Shown here: in pieces, positions 1 to 7,741 of the stretch
How the letters are laid out: every line of letters starts with the position of its first letter
Numbering within the stretch: the first letter of the stretch is position 1
Assembly: GCF_000091665.1 (NCBI RefSeq)
Contig: NC_000909.1
Span: 760,712 to 792,711, forward strand
Direction of reading: 5' to 3'
Source of the DNA: Methanocaldococcus jannaschii DSM 2661
GTDB taxonomy: Archaea > AGJL01 > Methanococci > Methanococcales > Methanocaldococcaceae
DNA: 32,000 bases
Made by a program: the position numbers and the translations under genes
The notes under the pieces: generated by a model
The model's database searches: none
What the model saw: the letters and a program-made list of their open reading frames with translations, nothing else
What the model was told of the DNA's origin: nothing

Positions 1-240
1 TTGTGGGTCGTTAGGGTATTTGGCAAACATCTGATTTATTGATTCAATAGCTGCTTTTTTCTGGTTTTCAAGCGTTATTTTTTCTTGAAACTGTAGGTTA
101 CTGATTTCATTATATGCGATAAATGCTAATAACCCAACAATTACAACAACCAGTATTATCAATATAAATTTTAATGAACCAGATTTCACCGTTCTTCTAC
201 TTTTCTCTTTTAATGCTTTAATTTTTGAAGTATCTACCAT
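1..240 (-). CDS. Hypothetical N-terminally membrane-anchored protein, 5' part only (gene runs off the window start)
   Basis: The ATG is at 240-238 with GGTGAT (revcomp of 244-249) just upstream, and the frame stays open to position 1 (80 codons). The translation MVDTSKIKALKEKSRRTVKSGSLKFILIILVVVIVGLLAFIAY has a charged leader followed by one hydrophobic helix. It is the last gene of the minus-strand pilin/peptidase cluster and is absent from the ORF track because it is truncated. Confidence 0.6.
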   Translation of the reverse strand, partial: MVDTSKIKALKEKSRRTVKSGSLKFILIILVVVIVGLLAFIAYNEISNLQFQEKITLENQKKAAIESINQMFAKYPNDPQ

Positions 241-294
241 ACAATCACCCTAACTTTAATATTACAAAATTATATGGTTTGTTATCATGGCCTA

Positions 295-678
295 TTATGG
301 ATTTACGGTTATATTATATTCACTTTGGTTTATTTTTGTGACATTATAAATATAGCTTACAATAAAATTCTTTATTTCTGGAGTAATATATGATTTAGGT
401 GAGATATAAATGTATATATTTTTCTTATTCCCTGACCATGAAATTCCCCCATAGATTAAAGTGACATTTGGGTTAATTCCATTATATCCTGAATTTGCCA
501 ATATTACAGCAGTTTTTGCTGCATTTTCAACATCACTTATAACCTTATCATCCTTTGTGAAATTCTGTGATAGAAAATGGCTTATTGTTATAATAGATGC
601 CAACAATATAGCAAGGAATAAAAATGAGAATTCAAGAGATACCTGGGCTTTTTTTGATTTTATTATTTTATTTTCCAT
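295..678 (-). CDS. Class III signal peptide (type IV pilin-like) protein, DUF361-type QVSLEF motif
   Basis: A short basic leader is followed by A|QVSLEF and a hydrophobic helix (MENKIIKSKKAQVSLEFSFLFLAILLASIITI). This matches the archaeal prepilin pattern cleaved by EppA-type peptidases. The gene sits 3 nt downstream of the peptidase gene. I moved the start to the ATG at 678; the ORF-track GTG at 687 is also possible. Confidence 0.7.
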   Translation of the reverse strand: MENKIIKSKKAQVSLEFSFLFLAILLASIITISHFLSQNFTKDDKVISDVENAAKTAVILANSGYNGINPNVTLIYGGISWSGNKKNIYIYISPKSYITPEIKNFIVSYIYNVTKINQSEYNITVNP

Positions 679-690
679 GGTATTCACACT

Positions 691-1710
691 TTAGATTATT
701 GCTAACTTCATCAACATTAAAACTATAACATAACCAATGACAACAAACGGAACAAATGGGTAGGTTTTTATAACATTTAGTTTGTCAGGGATTTTTCCCT
801 CCATATAGAGTTTTTTTATTTTTCGAATGTCTTCATTGGATAACCCTTCTCCATCGGTTAATATTATTTCCTTTTCATTTTCTTTGATTTCATGTTCTAA
901 TAGAAATTTTATTCTTTTCATTATATTTAAGTTTTTTACCTCAACACCATCTTTGTCTATTATTATAACATCCCTCAAAATATCTCCTTCTTTTAATTCT
1001 TCAATATGTTTTTTGTCAGAAGTTTCTACACCCGTGAGTGCATAAATAACGATAGATATTAGTATTATTTCACAAAGGTATATTATGGATGTTAATAGCA
1101 CATTATATTTAATAAAATAAGTTGTATCAATAATATATAAGAATAACAAATAAGCAGGGAATAAATATCCTAATTTTTTCGTATATTCTTTGTATTTTGG
1201 AACTTTTCTTGAGACAAAGATAGATAGGACAATATAAGCCCATATAATTATTGAAGCGTATGGAATTTCGTAGATATTTATAAAATAATATAATATACCA
1301 AGCATCATAGTTAAATAACAAGCTGAAGGAATAATATCTTTCCAATATCTCATTAAAATTTTATACATCGGAAAAACTGCGGCGATAAACATACTAATTG
1401 CTATTAAGTAGAGAATATATTTTGGAATATAAAATACAAACGAGTTTGGATACGCAAAAATTGGAGCTAAAGCGGTGAATAGCTTAACATCTCCTCCTCC
1501 CATTCCAATACTTAATATTAAACATAATATTAGAGTAGAGAAAAACGCAATAATAGCATTAAATCCAAAATAGTAATAACCAACAACTAAGTTTATTATA
1601 ATCATGGCAATTGTGTATTTATGAGGAATAATTCTTTCTTTAATATCAGTTATTGCTGCTAAAAGGAGTAAAATAAAGTTAATAATATAAACTACATTTA
1701 GCAAATCCAC
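691..1710 (-). CDS. eppA: Archaeal prepilin/preflagellin peptidase, A24 family, EppA-like, with a C-terminal soluble domain
   Basis: The protein is polytopic and carries the two aspartyl motifs of A24 peptidases (ITDIKERIIP near the N-terminus and GGGDVKLF). A roughly 100-aa charged domain precedes the last helix. The GTG start has AGGTGA upstream, and the adjacent gene encodes a DUF361-type substrate. Confidence 0.7.
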   Translation of the reverse strand: MDLLNVVYIINFILLLLAAITDIKERIIPHKYTIAMIIINLVVGYYYFGFNAIIAFFSTLILCLILSIGMGGGDVKLFTALAPIFAYPNSFVFYIPKYILYLIAISMFIAAVFPMYKILMRYWKDIIPSACYLTMMLGILYYFINIYEIPYASIIIWAYIVLSIFVSRKVPKYKEYTKKLGYLFPAYLLFLYIIDTTYFIKYNVLLTSIIYLCEIILISIVIYALTGVETSDKKHIEELKEGDILRDVIIIDKDGVEVKNLNIMKRIKFLLEHEIKENEKEIILTDGEGLSNEDIRKIKKLYMEGKIPDKLNVIKTYPFVPFVVIGYVIVLMLMKLAII

Positions 1711-1714
1711 AATT

Positions 1715-2074
1715 TCACCTATTTGGATATTTGGCTTTAACCCTATCTTTTATTTTTAACATCAACTCATGGTTATCTAAGAGCTTTAAAGCCTCATCTA
1801 TATCTTTATCTTTGGTTAAATTTAAAATTTCTCTTAAGATTTCAGTGGCAACATCTTCCCTATGAACCCAAAAACACTTCATACAACTCCAAATCTTTGT
1901 TCCATCTTTTTTTTCAACATACTCTCCTAATTCTTCATCTTCACATGGATAGAAAGGGCAGTAACACCATAAGCAAACCTGTCCATCAAAGTGGCATGGG
2001 TAATATTCACAATTTCTGTTAGCTCCACAAACTTCTAAAACTTTCTTTAGATGATTTTTAGCTAATTCTATCAT
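1715..2074 (-). CDS. Cysteine-rich small-domain protein (probable metal or Fe-S binding)
   Basis: There are 11 Cys in about 55 residues (CGANRNCEYYPCHFDGQVCLWCYCPFYPCEDE...WSCMKCFW). A GGTG SD precedes the ATG at 2074, and the stop lies 4 nt from the peptidase start, suggesting the same operon. Confidence 0.6.
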   Translation of the reverse strand: MIELAKNHLKKVLEVCGANRNCEYYPCHFDGQVCLWCYCPFYPCEDEELGEYVEKKDGTKIWSCMKCFWVHREDVATEILREILNLTKDKDIDEALKLLDNHELMLKIKDRVKAKYPNR

Positions 2075-2147
2075 TATACAACACCTTTAAATAGATTAAA
2101 TATTATTTTTACTTTTAGATGTATTTAAAATTTAGGGAGGGATTTTA

Positions 2148-2897
2148 ATGGAGAGGTTAATAAAATTGGCGGAACAAATAAAGGATGAAGAATTAAGAAA
2201 AAAGGTTATTGAATTTTTAAAAAATCCTAAAGCAACACATCCAGGAATTGTAGATACTGGAATAAGTGTCGAAGAAGCTCCAGCAAGTATAAATTGGCAT
2301 CATAGATATGAAGGTGGGTTAATAGAACATACAATATCAGTAACAAAAATAGCTCTAAAAATGGCTGATGTTTTGGAAGAAGTTTACGGTGTTGAAGTTA
2401 ATAGAGATTATATAATCGCTGGAGCTTTATTACATGATATTATGAAGCCATACAACTATATAAGAAAAGAAGATGGCACTTTTGACCACTACGATATGTT
2501 CAATTTAGACCACTTAACATTAGCTGTTGCGGAGCTCTACAAAAGAGATTTTCCAATTGAGGTTATTAAAATAGTTGCTTCCCATCATGGAGACCATTCT
2601 CCAACAAGGCCAAACTCTATAGAGGCATATATTGTCCATTATGCTGATGAAGCAGATTCAAAGATTAATGATGTAGCTGTTAGAGTTTGTCAAGCAAGAA
2701 GTAGGGATTTAGGAATCTCTGAACAGGAGATATATAAAGCAGTAAATCCTTTGAAGGTTTATGAAGTTAGAAGTAGAGAAGGAAAGCTAAAAACTATAGA
2801 ATTTTTAAAAGACATTTTAAAATCAATAGGTATAATTTCTGAAGATGAGAAAAAAGATGAAAATAATGAAAGTTTAGAAAATAAAGAATCCAATTAA
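2148..2897 (+). CDS. HD-domain metal-dependent phosphohydrolase
   Basis: HD-superfamily motifs are present (H...LLHDIMKP...ASHHGDH...YADEAD). A GGAGGG SD lies 6 nt before the ATG. Confidence 0.75.
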   Translation: MERLIKLAEQIKDEELRKKVIEFLKNPKATHPGIVDTGISVEEAPASINWHHRYEGGLIEHTISVTKIALKMADVLEEVYGVEVNRDYIIAGALLHDIMKPYNYIRKEDGTFDHYDMFNLDHLTLAVAELYKRDFPIEVIKIVASHHGDHSPTRPNSIEAYIVHYADEADSKINDVAVRVCQARSRDLGISEQEIYKAVNPLKVYEVRSREGKLKTIEFLKDILKSIGIISEDEKKDENNESLENKESN

Positions 2898-2939
2898 ATC
2901 TAATCAATTTATATATTTGGTTTTATTAATATAATGTCA

Positions 2940-3030
2940 TAAAATAAAAAATGAAACTTTTGTTTTGTGATTAAATAAAATTGCGTATTAATTTACACCT
3001 CCGAGCGTAAGCGAGGAGGTGTTAGTTTTG
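2940..3030 (+). ncRNA. Candidate small structured RNA: TATA-like box, about 50 nt, GC-rich GNRA hairpin, then a U-tract
   Basis: A TATA-like TTTATATATT lies at 2908-2917. The hairpin at 2995-3022 has an 8-bp stem (ACACCTCC/GGAGGTGT), tandem G.A/A.G pairs, 2 bp and a GTAA tetraloop, and is followed by TTAGTTTT. It is a sharp GC island in AT-rich spacer. The ends are guesses. Confidence 0.25.
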
Positions 3031-3031
3031 A

Positions 3032-3052
3032 TGAAACTTTCTTAAAGTTTCA
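3032..3052. repeat. Perfect 9-bp palindromic hairpin (TGAAACTTT-CTT-AAAGTTTCA) abutting the 3' end of tRNA-Thr
   Basis: Read directly from the sequence. The 10-mer ATGAAACTTT at 3031-3040 also occurs at 2951-2960. Confidence 0.6.
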
Positions 3053-3054
3053 AA

Positions 3055-3131
3055 TGGAGCCTCGGGCGGGGTTTGAACCCGCGACCTCCTGCTTACCAAG
3101 CAGGCGCTCCGCCAGGCTGAGCTACCGAGGC
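3055..3131 (-). tRNA. tRNA-Thr (anticodon GGU), CCA encoded
   Basis: The reverse complement folds as a cloverleaf. Acceptor GCCTCGG/CCGAGGC; D stem GCTC/GAGC; anticodon stem CCTGC/GCAGG with loop TTGGTAA; T arm GCGGG-TTCAAAC-CCCGC; discriminator T plus CCA. Confidence 0.9.
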
Positions 3132-3157
3132 ACCTTAGCATAGTTAAATTACTATAT

Positions 3158-3170
3158 CTTATATATAAAC
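3158..3170 (-). promoter_or_regulatory. TATA box for tRNA-Thr
   Basis: On the minus strand, GTTTATATATAAG lies about 30 nt upstream of the tRNA 5' end (3131). Confidence 0.5.
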
Positions 3171-3178
3171 ATTACGCC

Positions 3179-3192
3179 GAAAAGTATATATA
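3179..3192 (+). promoter_or_regulatory. BRE/TATA-like element GAAAAGTATATATA, copy 1, with no obvious gene
   Basis: This 14-mer is identical to the one at 3257-3270. The A-rich BRE-like part followed by TATATATA fits the archaeal promoter consensus. Confidence 0.35.
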
Positions 3193-3256
3193 TGGGAACT
3201 TTATTTATGAATAGTATGCCCTCATCTGATAAAATCAGACTTAAGAAGTATAGAAA

Positions 3257-3270
3257 GAAAAGTATATATA
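3257..3270 (+). promoter_or_regulatory. BRE/TATA-like element GAAAAGTATATATA, copy 2, probable tRNA-Gln promoter
   Basis: It lies about 40 nt upstream of the tRNA-Gln 5' end, which implies a short leader removed by RNase P. Confidence 0.45.
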
Positions 3271-3309
3271 CCCCTTCTTAGTATTTATTAAATTGCTTAC
3301 GTTTGATGT

Positions 3310-3385
3310 AGCCCGGTGGTGTAGTGGCCTATCATCCGGGGCTTTGGACCCCGGGACCGCGGTTCGAATCCGCGCCGGGCTACCA
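3310..3385 (+). tRNA. tRNA-Gln (anticodon UUG), CCA encoded
   Basis: Acceptor AGCCCGG/CCGGGCT; anticodon stem CGGGG/CCCCG with loop CTTTGGA; T arm CGCGG-TTCGAAT-CCGCG; discriminator A plus CCA. Confidence 0.9.
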
Positions 3386-3435
3386 TTTTTATTTTTACTA
3401 TTTTATATTTATTAATTTAAATACATGGTGAAAGT

Positions 3436-4107
3436 GTGAAGGTTGCTATTTTAACCGATGGAGTTTATGGAGACAGAGCATATAATACAATTAAATCAAA
3501 ATTTCCATGTGATTTTATAACTGTTAAATATTATGGAGATTTTGATGAAATAACAATAAGTGAAAATACAATTGAAAAATTAAAAGATTATGATTTATTT
3601 ATAACTTATACTTTAAATCCAGATTTAACCTACGAGCTTGTTAGAAAGATAAAAGAACTCAACAATAAAGCTTTTGTTCTTGTTGGGGCTTGGAAAGGAG
3701 AGGGATTTAAAAAGCAGATAGAGAGTTTTGGAAACGCTTTCTGCCCCTATTTAATGTGTGATATTGATGAGGATGAACTAAAAGATTATAAAGATTATTT
3801 AGATAACTATCCTCACTTAAAAGAATTTCTAAAATATTTTGGAAAACCAAAAGTAAAATTATACATTAAAAATAATAAAATTGAAAAAATTGATGTTTTG
3901 AGAGAGGCTCCCTGTGGTTCAACTTCTGAAACACTAAAAGAATTCGTTGGGAGAGAATTTAATGACAAAACTTTAATAGATATTGGTTTGAGAGTTCAAC
4001 ACTTTTGTAGAGCTGGAAAAATAAGGCTGTTTGTAGAGAAAGAAGGAAAGAAAACAAAAGCTGGTAAAATATTAGTTAGTGGTATCCAAGTAATTCAAAT
4101 TCCATAA
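3436..4107 (+). CDS. Conserved archaeal protein, DUF166/COG1810-like (function unknown)
   Basis: The GTG start has GGTGA 4 nt upstream. The family assignment comes from my recollection of the N-terminal MKVAILTDGVYGDRA and the C-rich central motifs (FCPYLMCD, APCGST), so it is tentative. Confidence 0.55.
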   Translation: MKVAILTDGVYGDRAYNTIKSKFPCDFITVKYYGDFDEITISENTIEKLKDYDLFITYTLNPDLTYELVRKIKELNNKAFVLVGAWKGEGFKKQIESFGNAFCPYLMCDIDEDELKDYKDYLDNYPHLKEFLKYFGKPKVKLYIKNNKIEKIDVLREAPCGSTSETLKEFVGREFNDKTLIDIGLRVQHFCRAGKIRLFVEKEGKKTKAGKILVSGIQVIQIP

Positions 4108-4121
4108 ATTCAAATTCCATA
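4092..4121. repeat. Perfect 15-bp tandem duplication (AATTCAAATTCCATA x2) spanning the stop codon of the 3436-4107 gene
   Basis: Copies lie at 4092-4106 and 4107-4121. The related 14-mer AAGTAATTCAAATT occurs at 4088-4101 and again at 4151-4164, inside the 3' end of the convergent primase gene. Confidence 0.8.
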
Positions 4122-4141
4122 TTTGATAGTGCGTTAAGTCC

Positions 4142-5194
4142 TTAGGATTTAAGTAATTCAAATTTAATATTATGACCAAATAAATATAGTAAAGCTGAAG
4201 CAGTAATTTTTTTACTTTTATTGTTGTATTTCTTTCCACATATTTCAATTTCGAATTTTCTATCATCAAATATATTAACCTCATACACTTTATTTTCAAA
4301 ATCTTTAAATATGGCATCTTCTAATGGGTTAAATCTCCTTAATTCATCTAAACCACTTAATGGCTTAACAATAAAGCCAGTATAGCCATGTAGAGAATTT
4401 ATAACCCTCAAAAGCCTTATGTCATCATCCATAACTTTTTCATCCAATTCAATTTTATTTTTGGTTTCTTCAATAATATTATATATTTTATTTTTGCTCT
4501 TTAAATTCTCAATAACCTTTTTCCAATTTTTTTCATTTTCAAGTTTTTTTGTGGATATTCTTTTATCTCTTTCTTTGATTGCCTTTATTAATCTTCTTCT
4601 CCAACCACTACCTACTGAATTTAAGTTTAAATTTTTTCCTAATATATAATCCATTAAAAATCTTCTATCTTCTTTTGAATAGCTTTCAATAATATCCCTA
4701 ATTTTTTCATCTCTTGGTTTTATATATATGTGATAACCCCTGTTTCCACTAAATACAATCTTTAAATCTTCTTCATTTAAACCAAAGTCAGGAATTAAAA
4801 ATTCTTCAATTAAGTAGATAGCTTGATTTTTTGCCTCTTCTAAACAATGCTTGCAAATCCAATCATCTTCATGCTTACATTTTTTTGTTTTATGGACATC
4901 TATATCAAACGCTAATTCTCTTCTAAATATACCTTTTTTAGAAGCTCCACCTGATTTATTTGGGTAGAGCATATAAGCTAAAGATTTATAAAAGTGCATT
5001 GGAGCGTTTTTTAACACCCAATCTTTATATTCTCTTTCATTTTTAAAAGATAGGTTTCTATTATCAACTTTTTTTAAATAACCATATCCAAATTCCCTAT
5101 ATTCAATACCTTCAGGGATTTCAAGGATATTGTTTTTTATTGCGAAGTTGTAATATTCCCTATACAATTTTTGAACCTCAGCAAAAGTATTCAT
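4142..5194 (-). CDS. priS: DNA primase small (catalytic) subunit PriS
   Basis: Archaeo-eukaryotic primase motifs are present (ELAFDIDV, SGNRGYHIY, LLRVINSLHG) with a Zn knuckle CKHEDDWICKHC. I moved the start to the ATG at 5194 (MNTFAEV...); the track's TTG at 5209 is less likely. Confidence 0.85.
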   Translation of the reverse strand: MNTFAEVQKLYREYYNFAIKNNILEIPEGIEYREFGYGYLKKVDNRNLSFKNEREYKDWVLKNAPMHFYKSLAYMLYPNKSGGASKKGIFRRELAFDIDVHKTKKCKHEDDWICKHCLEEAKNQAIYLIEEFLIPDFGLNEEDLKIVFSGNRGYHIYIKPRDEKIRDIIESYSKEDRRFLMDYILGKNLNLNSVGSGWRRRLIKAIKERDKRISTKKLENEKNWKKVIENLKSKNKIYNIIEETKNKIELDEKVMDDDIRLLRVINSLHGYTGFIVKPLSGLDELRRFNPLEDAIFKDFENKVYEVNIFDDRKFEIEICGKKYNNKSKKITASALLYLFGHNIKFELLKS

Positions 5195-5279
5195 ATACTT
5201 ATCCCTCAACTTTTAGTATTGACTTAGGAATTAACAATAATTATTTTAGAGAGTTATAAAATTTTTCACGGTGAAAATT

Positions 5280-6263
5280 ATGATTTTGGGAATAGATATT
5301 GGTGGAGCTAATACAAAAATTACAGAGATTGAAGGAGATAATTATAAGATTCATCACATCTATTTCCCTATGTGGAAGAAAAAGGATGAATTAGAAGATT
5401 TATTAAAAAACTATAATGATAATGTTGATTATGTTGCCTTAGTTATGACTGCTGAATTAGCTGACTGCTACAAAACAAAAAAAGAAGGAGTTGAGGATAT
5501 AATAGATAAAGTTGAAAAAGCTTTTAACTGCCCAGTATATGTGTTTGATGTTAATGGGAATTTTTTAACTTCAGAAGAGGCTAAGAAAAATTATTTAGAT
5601 GTTTCAGCGTCAAATTGGAATGCAACAGCTAAATTTGTGGCAGAGTTTATAAAAGATAGCTGTATCTTAGTTGATATGGGCTCTACAACCACAGATATAA
5701 TTCCAATAAAAGATAAAGAAGTTTTAGCTGAAAAGACAGATTTAGATAGATTGATGAATAATCAGTTAGTTTATGTTGGAACTTTAAGAACTCCTGTTAG
5801 CTTCTTAGCCAACAAAATAGAGTTTAGAGGAAAATTAACTAATCTATCTTCAGAGTATTTTGCTATAACGGCTGATATATCTCTAATATTAAATAAAATT
5901 ACAGAAGAGGATTACACCTGTGACACTCCAGATGGAGCTGGAAAGGATTTTGAAAGTTGCTTAACAAGGTTAGTGAGAGTTTTATGTGCTGATAGAGAAA
6001 TGGTTAAAGATGATGAACTAATAGATTTCGCCAATAAGCTTTATAATAAGCTGTTAGAATTAATTAGGGAGAATGTTGATACTATTGCAAAAAGATACAA
6101 TTTAAATGATGTTGTTATAACTGGTTTGGGAGAGGAGATTTTAAAAGATGCCTTAGATGAGTATAATATAATATCAATAAAAGAAACCTATGGAAAAGAT
6201 GTTTCTTTAGCAACTCCAAGTTTTGCTGTAGCTAAATTATTGCAAAAGCAATTAGATAAATAA
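5280..6263 (+). CDS. mfnF: Hydantoinase/oxoprolinase-like ASKHA-fold protein, probable methanofuran biosynthesis enzyme MfnF
   Basis: An N-terminal LGIDIGGANTK phosphate-1-like motif and DMGSTTTD are present. The position between priS and mmp10 matches what I recall for the M. jannaschii MfnF gene. GGTGA lies 6 nt before the ATG at 5280. Confidence 0.6.
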   Translation: MILGIDIGGANTKITEIEGDNYKIHHIYFPMWKKKDELEDLLKNYNDNVDYVALVMTAELADCYKTKKEGVEDIIDKVEKAFNCPVYVFDVNGNFLTSEEAKKNYLDVSASNWNATAKFVAEFIKDSCILVDMGSTTTDIIPIKDKEVLAEKTDLDRLMNNQLVYVGTLRTPVSFLANKIEFRGKLTNLSSEYFAITADISLILNKITEEDYTCDTPDGAGKDFESCLTRLVRVLCADREMVKDDELIDFANKLYNKLLELIRENVDTIAKRYNLNDVVITGLGEEILKDALDEYNIISIKETYGKDVSLATPSFAVAKLLQKQLDK

Positions 6264-6265
6264 TT

Positions 6266-7513
6266 TTATTGTTTTTTCATTCCAAAGAAATTAATCATAC
6301 CAATTAATTCTTCAAATGCTTCAATTTCAAATTTTAATGCTTCTTCTCTTGTATAGATTCCACTAACTTCTCCGTCTAAGGTTAATTGCTCCACTCCTCT
6401 AACAACTATCCTATCTACCCCATCCCTTCTTAAAATCTCTTCAGCAACCCTATCATGCACAAAAGCCTTTGGAGGAATAAAAACAGTCTCTTTAACATCT
6501 TTTAAATCTAATTTTTCTAAATCTTTAGCTGTTATTAAATCGGCGATATCTTTATTAACTTTAACAACATTTACAGATGTTTCATCAAAAATCTTTTTTA
6601 AAAATGGATATGCTACATTTCCAGTAATTATTGTAGCTTCTCCATTTATTTTGTCTTTTAATCTCTCCAAAATGTGGCTGTTTTCTTCTTTAGCTAATGC
6701 AAATGGGGTTCCAGCAACTGGGTCATGCAAAGGAGTTCCAGTAACTCTAATATAATCCCCAAACTCATTATGGATTTCATCAACTATATTTTTAAATTCT
6801 TCAACTGAATGTGGCTTTATACCTTCAATTAGAGGAGCGTTTCCTAAAATTAATCCCTGTTCTTCACTATTTGCAAACCTCATCAATATAACTGCATTAG
6901 CTCCCCAATCAACTAAATCAGAAACTGTCTTCTTTAATTCTTCTCCATCATTAACTCCTGGAATAACAATTATTGCACAATGAACCTCACAATTTTCACA
7001 AAAATATCTTAGGCATTTTAATGCAGTTTCAGCATTTTTGTCATTCATCCATTCCTTTCTAAGCTTTGGATTTGTTGAAAAAACTGAAAATGTGACTTCA
7101 TCAACACCATAATCAACTAAATTTTTTGCAATCTCTACATTATCAAATCCTTTTCCTGAAGTATAGCCAAGATGAATCTTTAATCCTATATTGTTTATAG
7201 CTTTACATAACTCCTCTAATTGAGGATAACAGCTAACGTCTCCTCCAGCAGTTAAATTAACTTTGCTGTATCTTTTAAATAATAAACTACTTTGTAATTC
7301 CATTAATGCAAATGGTAATGGAATGAAATCACCATTTATCTCCCTAACTGAGTACATACAATAGTCACAACCAACTGTAAATTGACAGTATCTACATCCA
7401 AATGGTTGCGGATTATTTTTATTGACTTTTCTAAAATAACAGAACTTACAAAATCCATTACAGTTAATTCCTGGTTCTCCTCTCAAATCTATTAGTAGAT
7501 TAGCTTCTTTCAT
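6266..7513 (-). CDS. mmp10: Methanogenesis marker protein 10, radical SAM McrA-arginine C-methyltransferase
   Basis: The radical SAM cluster motif CNGFCKFC is followed by a second Cys cluster ([13 protein letters not shown]). The gene is about 415 aa and lies divergently next to the mcr operon, the conserved location of Mmp10. Confidence 0.75.
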
Positions 7514-7685
7514 AATTTCACACTATAACTGTTATTTTTAATAAAAAATTTCAGATAGAAAATTTTATAAGGGATTTTTTCACCAAAAATTATTGGATTT
7601 TATGTTATTTTAATTTTAAAACTTTGCCTGTAAATTCCAAATCCATCCACTATATAAATGTTACGATTTTGTTCAAATGAAAAAC

Positions 7686-7700
7686 TGGATATATATAAAC
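7686..7700 (+). promoter_or_regulatory. Probable mcr operon TATA box
   Basis: TGGATATATATAAAC lies about 45 nt upstream of the mcrB ATG. This would give a leader of roughly 20 nt containing the GGAGTGAT SD. A second TATA-like ACTATATAAATG is at 7649-7660. Confidence 0.45.
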
Positions 7701-7741
7701 TGCGATAACTAATATCGAACCAATATGTGGGAGTGATTCCT

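Noticed and set aside
461-1345. ORFs 461-694, 827-1045 and 1127-1345, which overlap the pilin and peptidase genes.
   Set aside because: These are shadow frames of real membrane-protein genes, with no start context and nonsense-like translations.
3029-3054. TGATGA at 3029-3034 looked like a C box of a C/D-box sRNA. A similar TGATGTATGATAA lies near 31145.
   Set aside because: No CTGA D or D' box occurs at the required spacing on the same strand in either place, and the first candidate runs straight into the tRNA-Thr gene.
4072-4649. ORFs 4072-4317 and 4419-4649, which overlap priS.
   Set aside because: These are alternative or antisense frames of the primase gene. The sequences are repetitive and AT-codon driven (poly-Phe/Ser/Ile/Leu).
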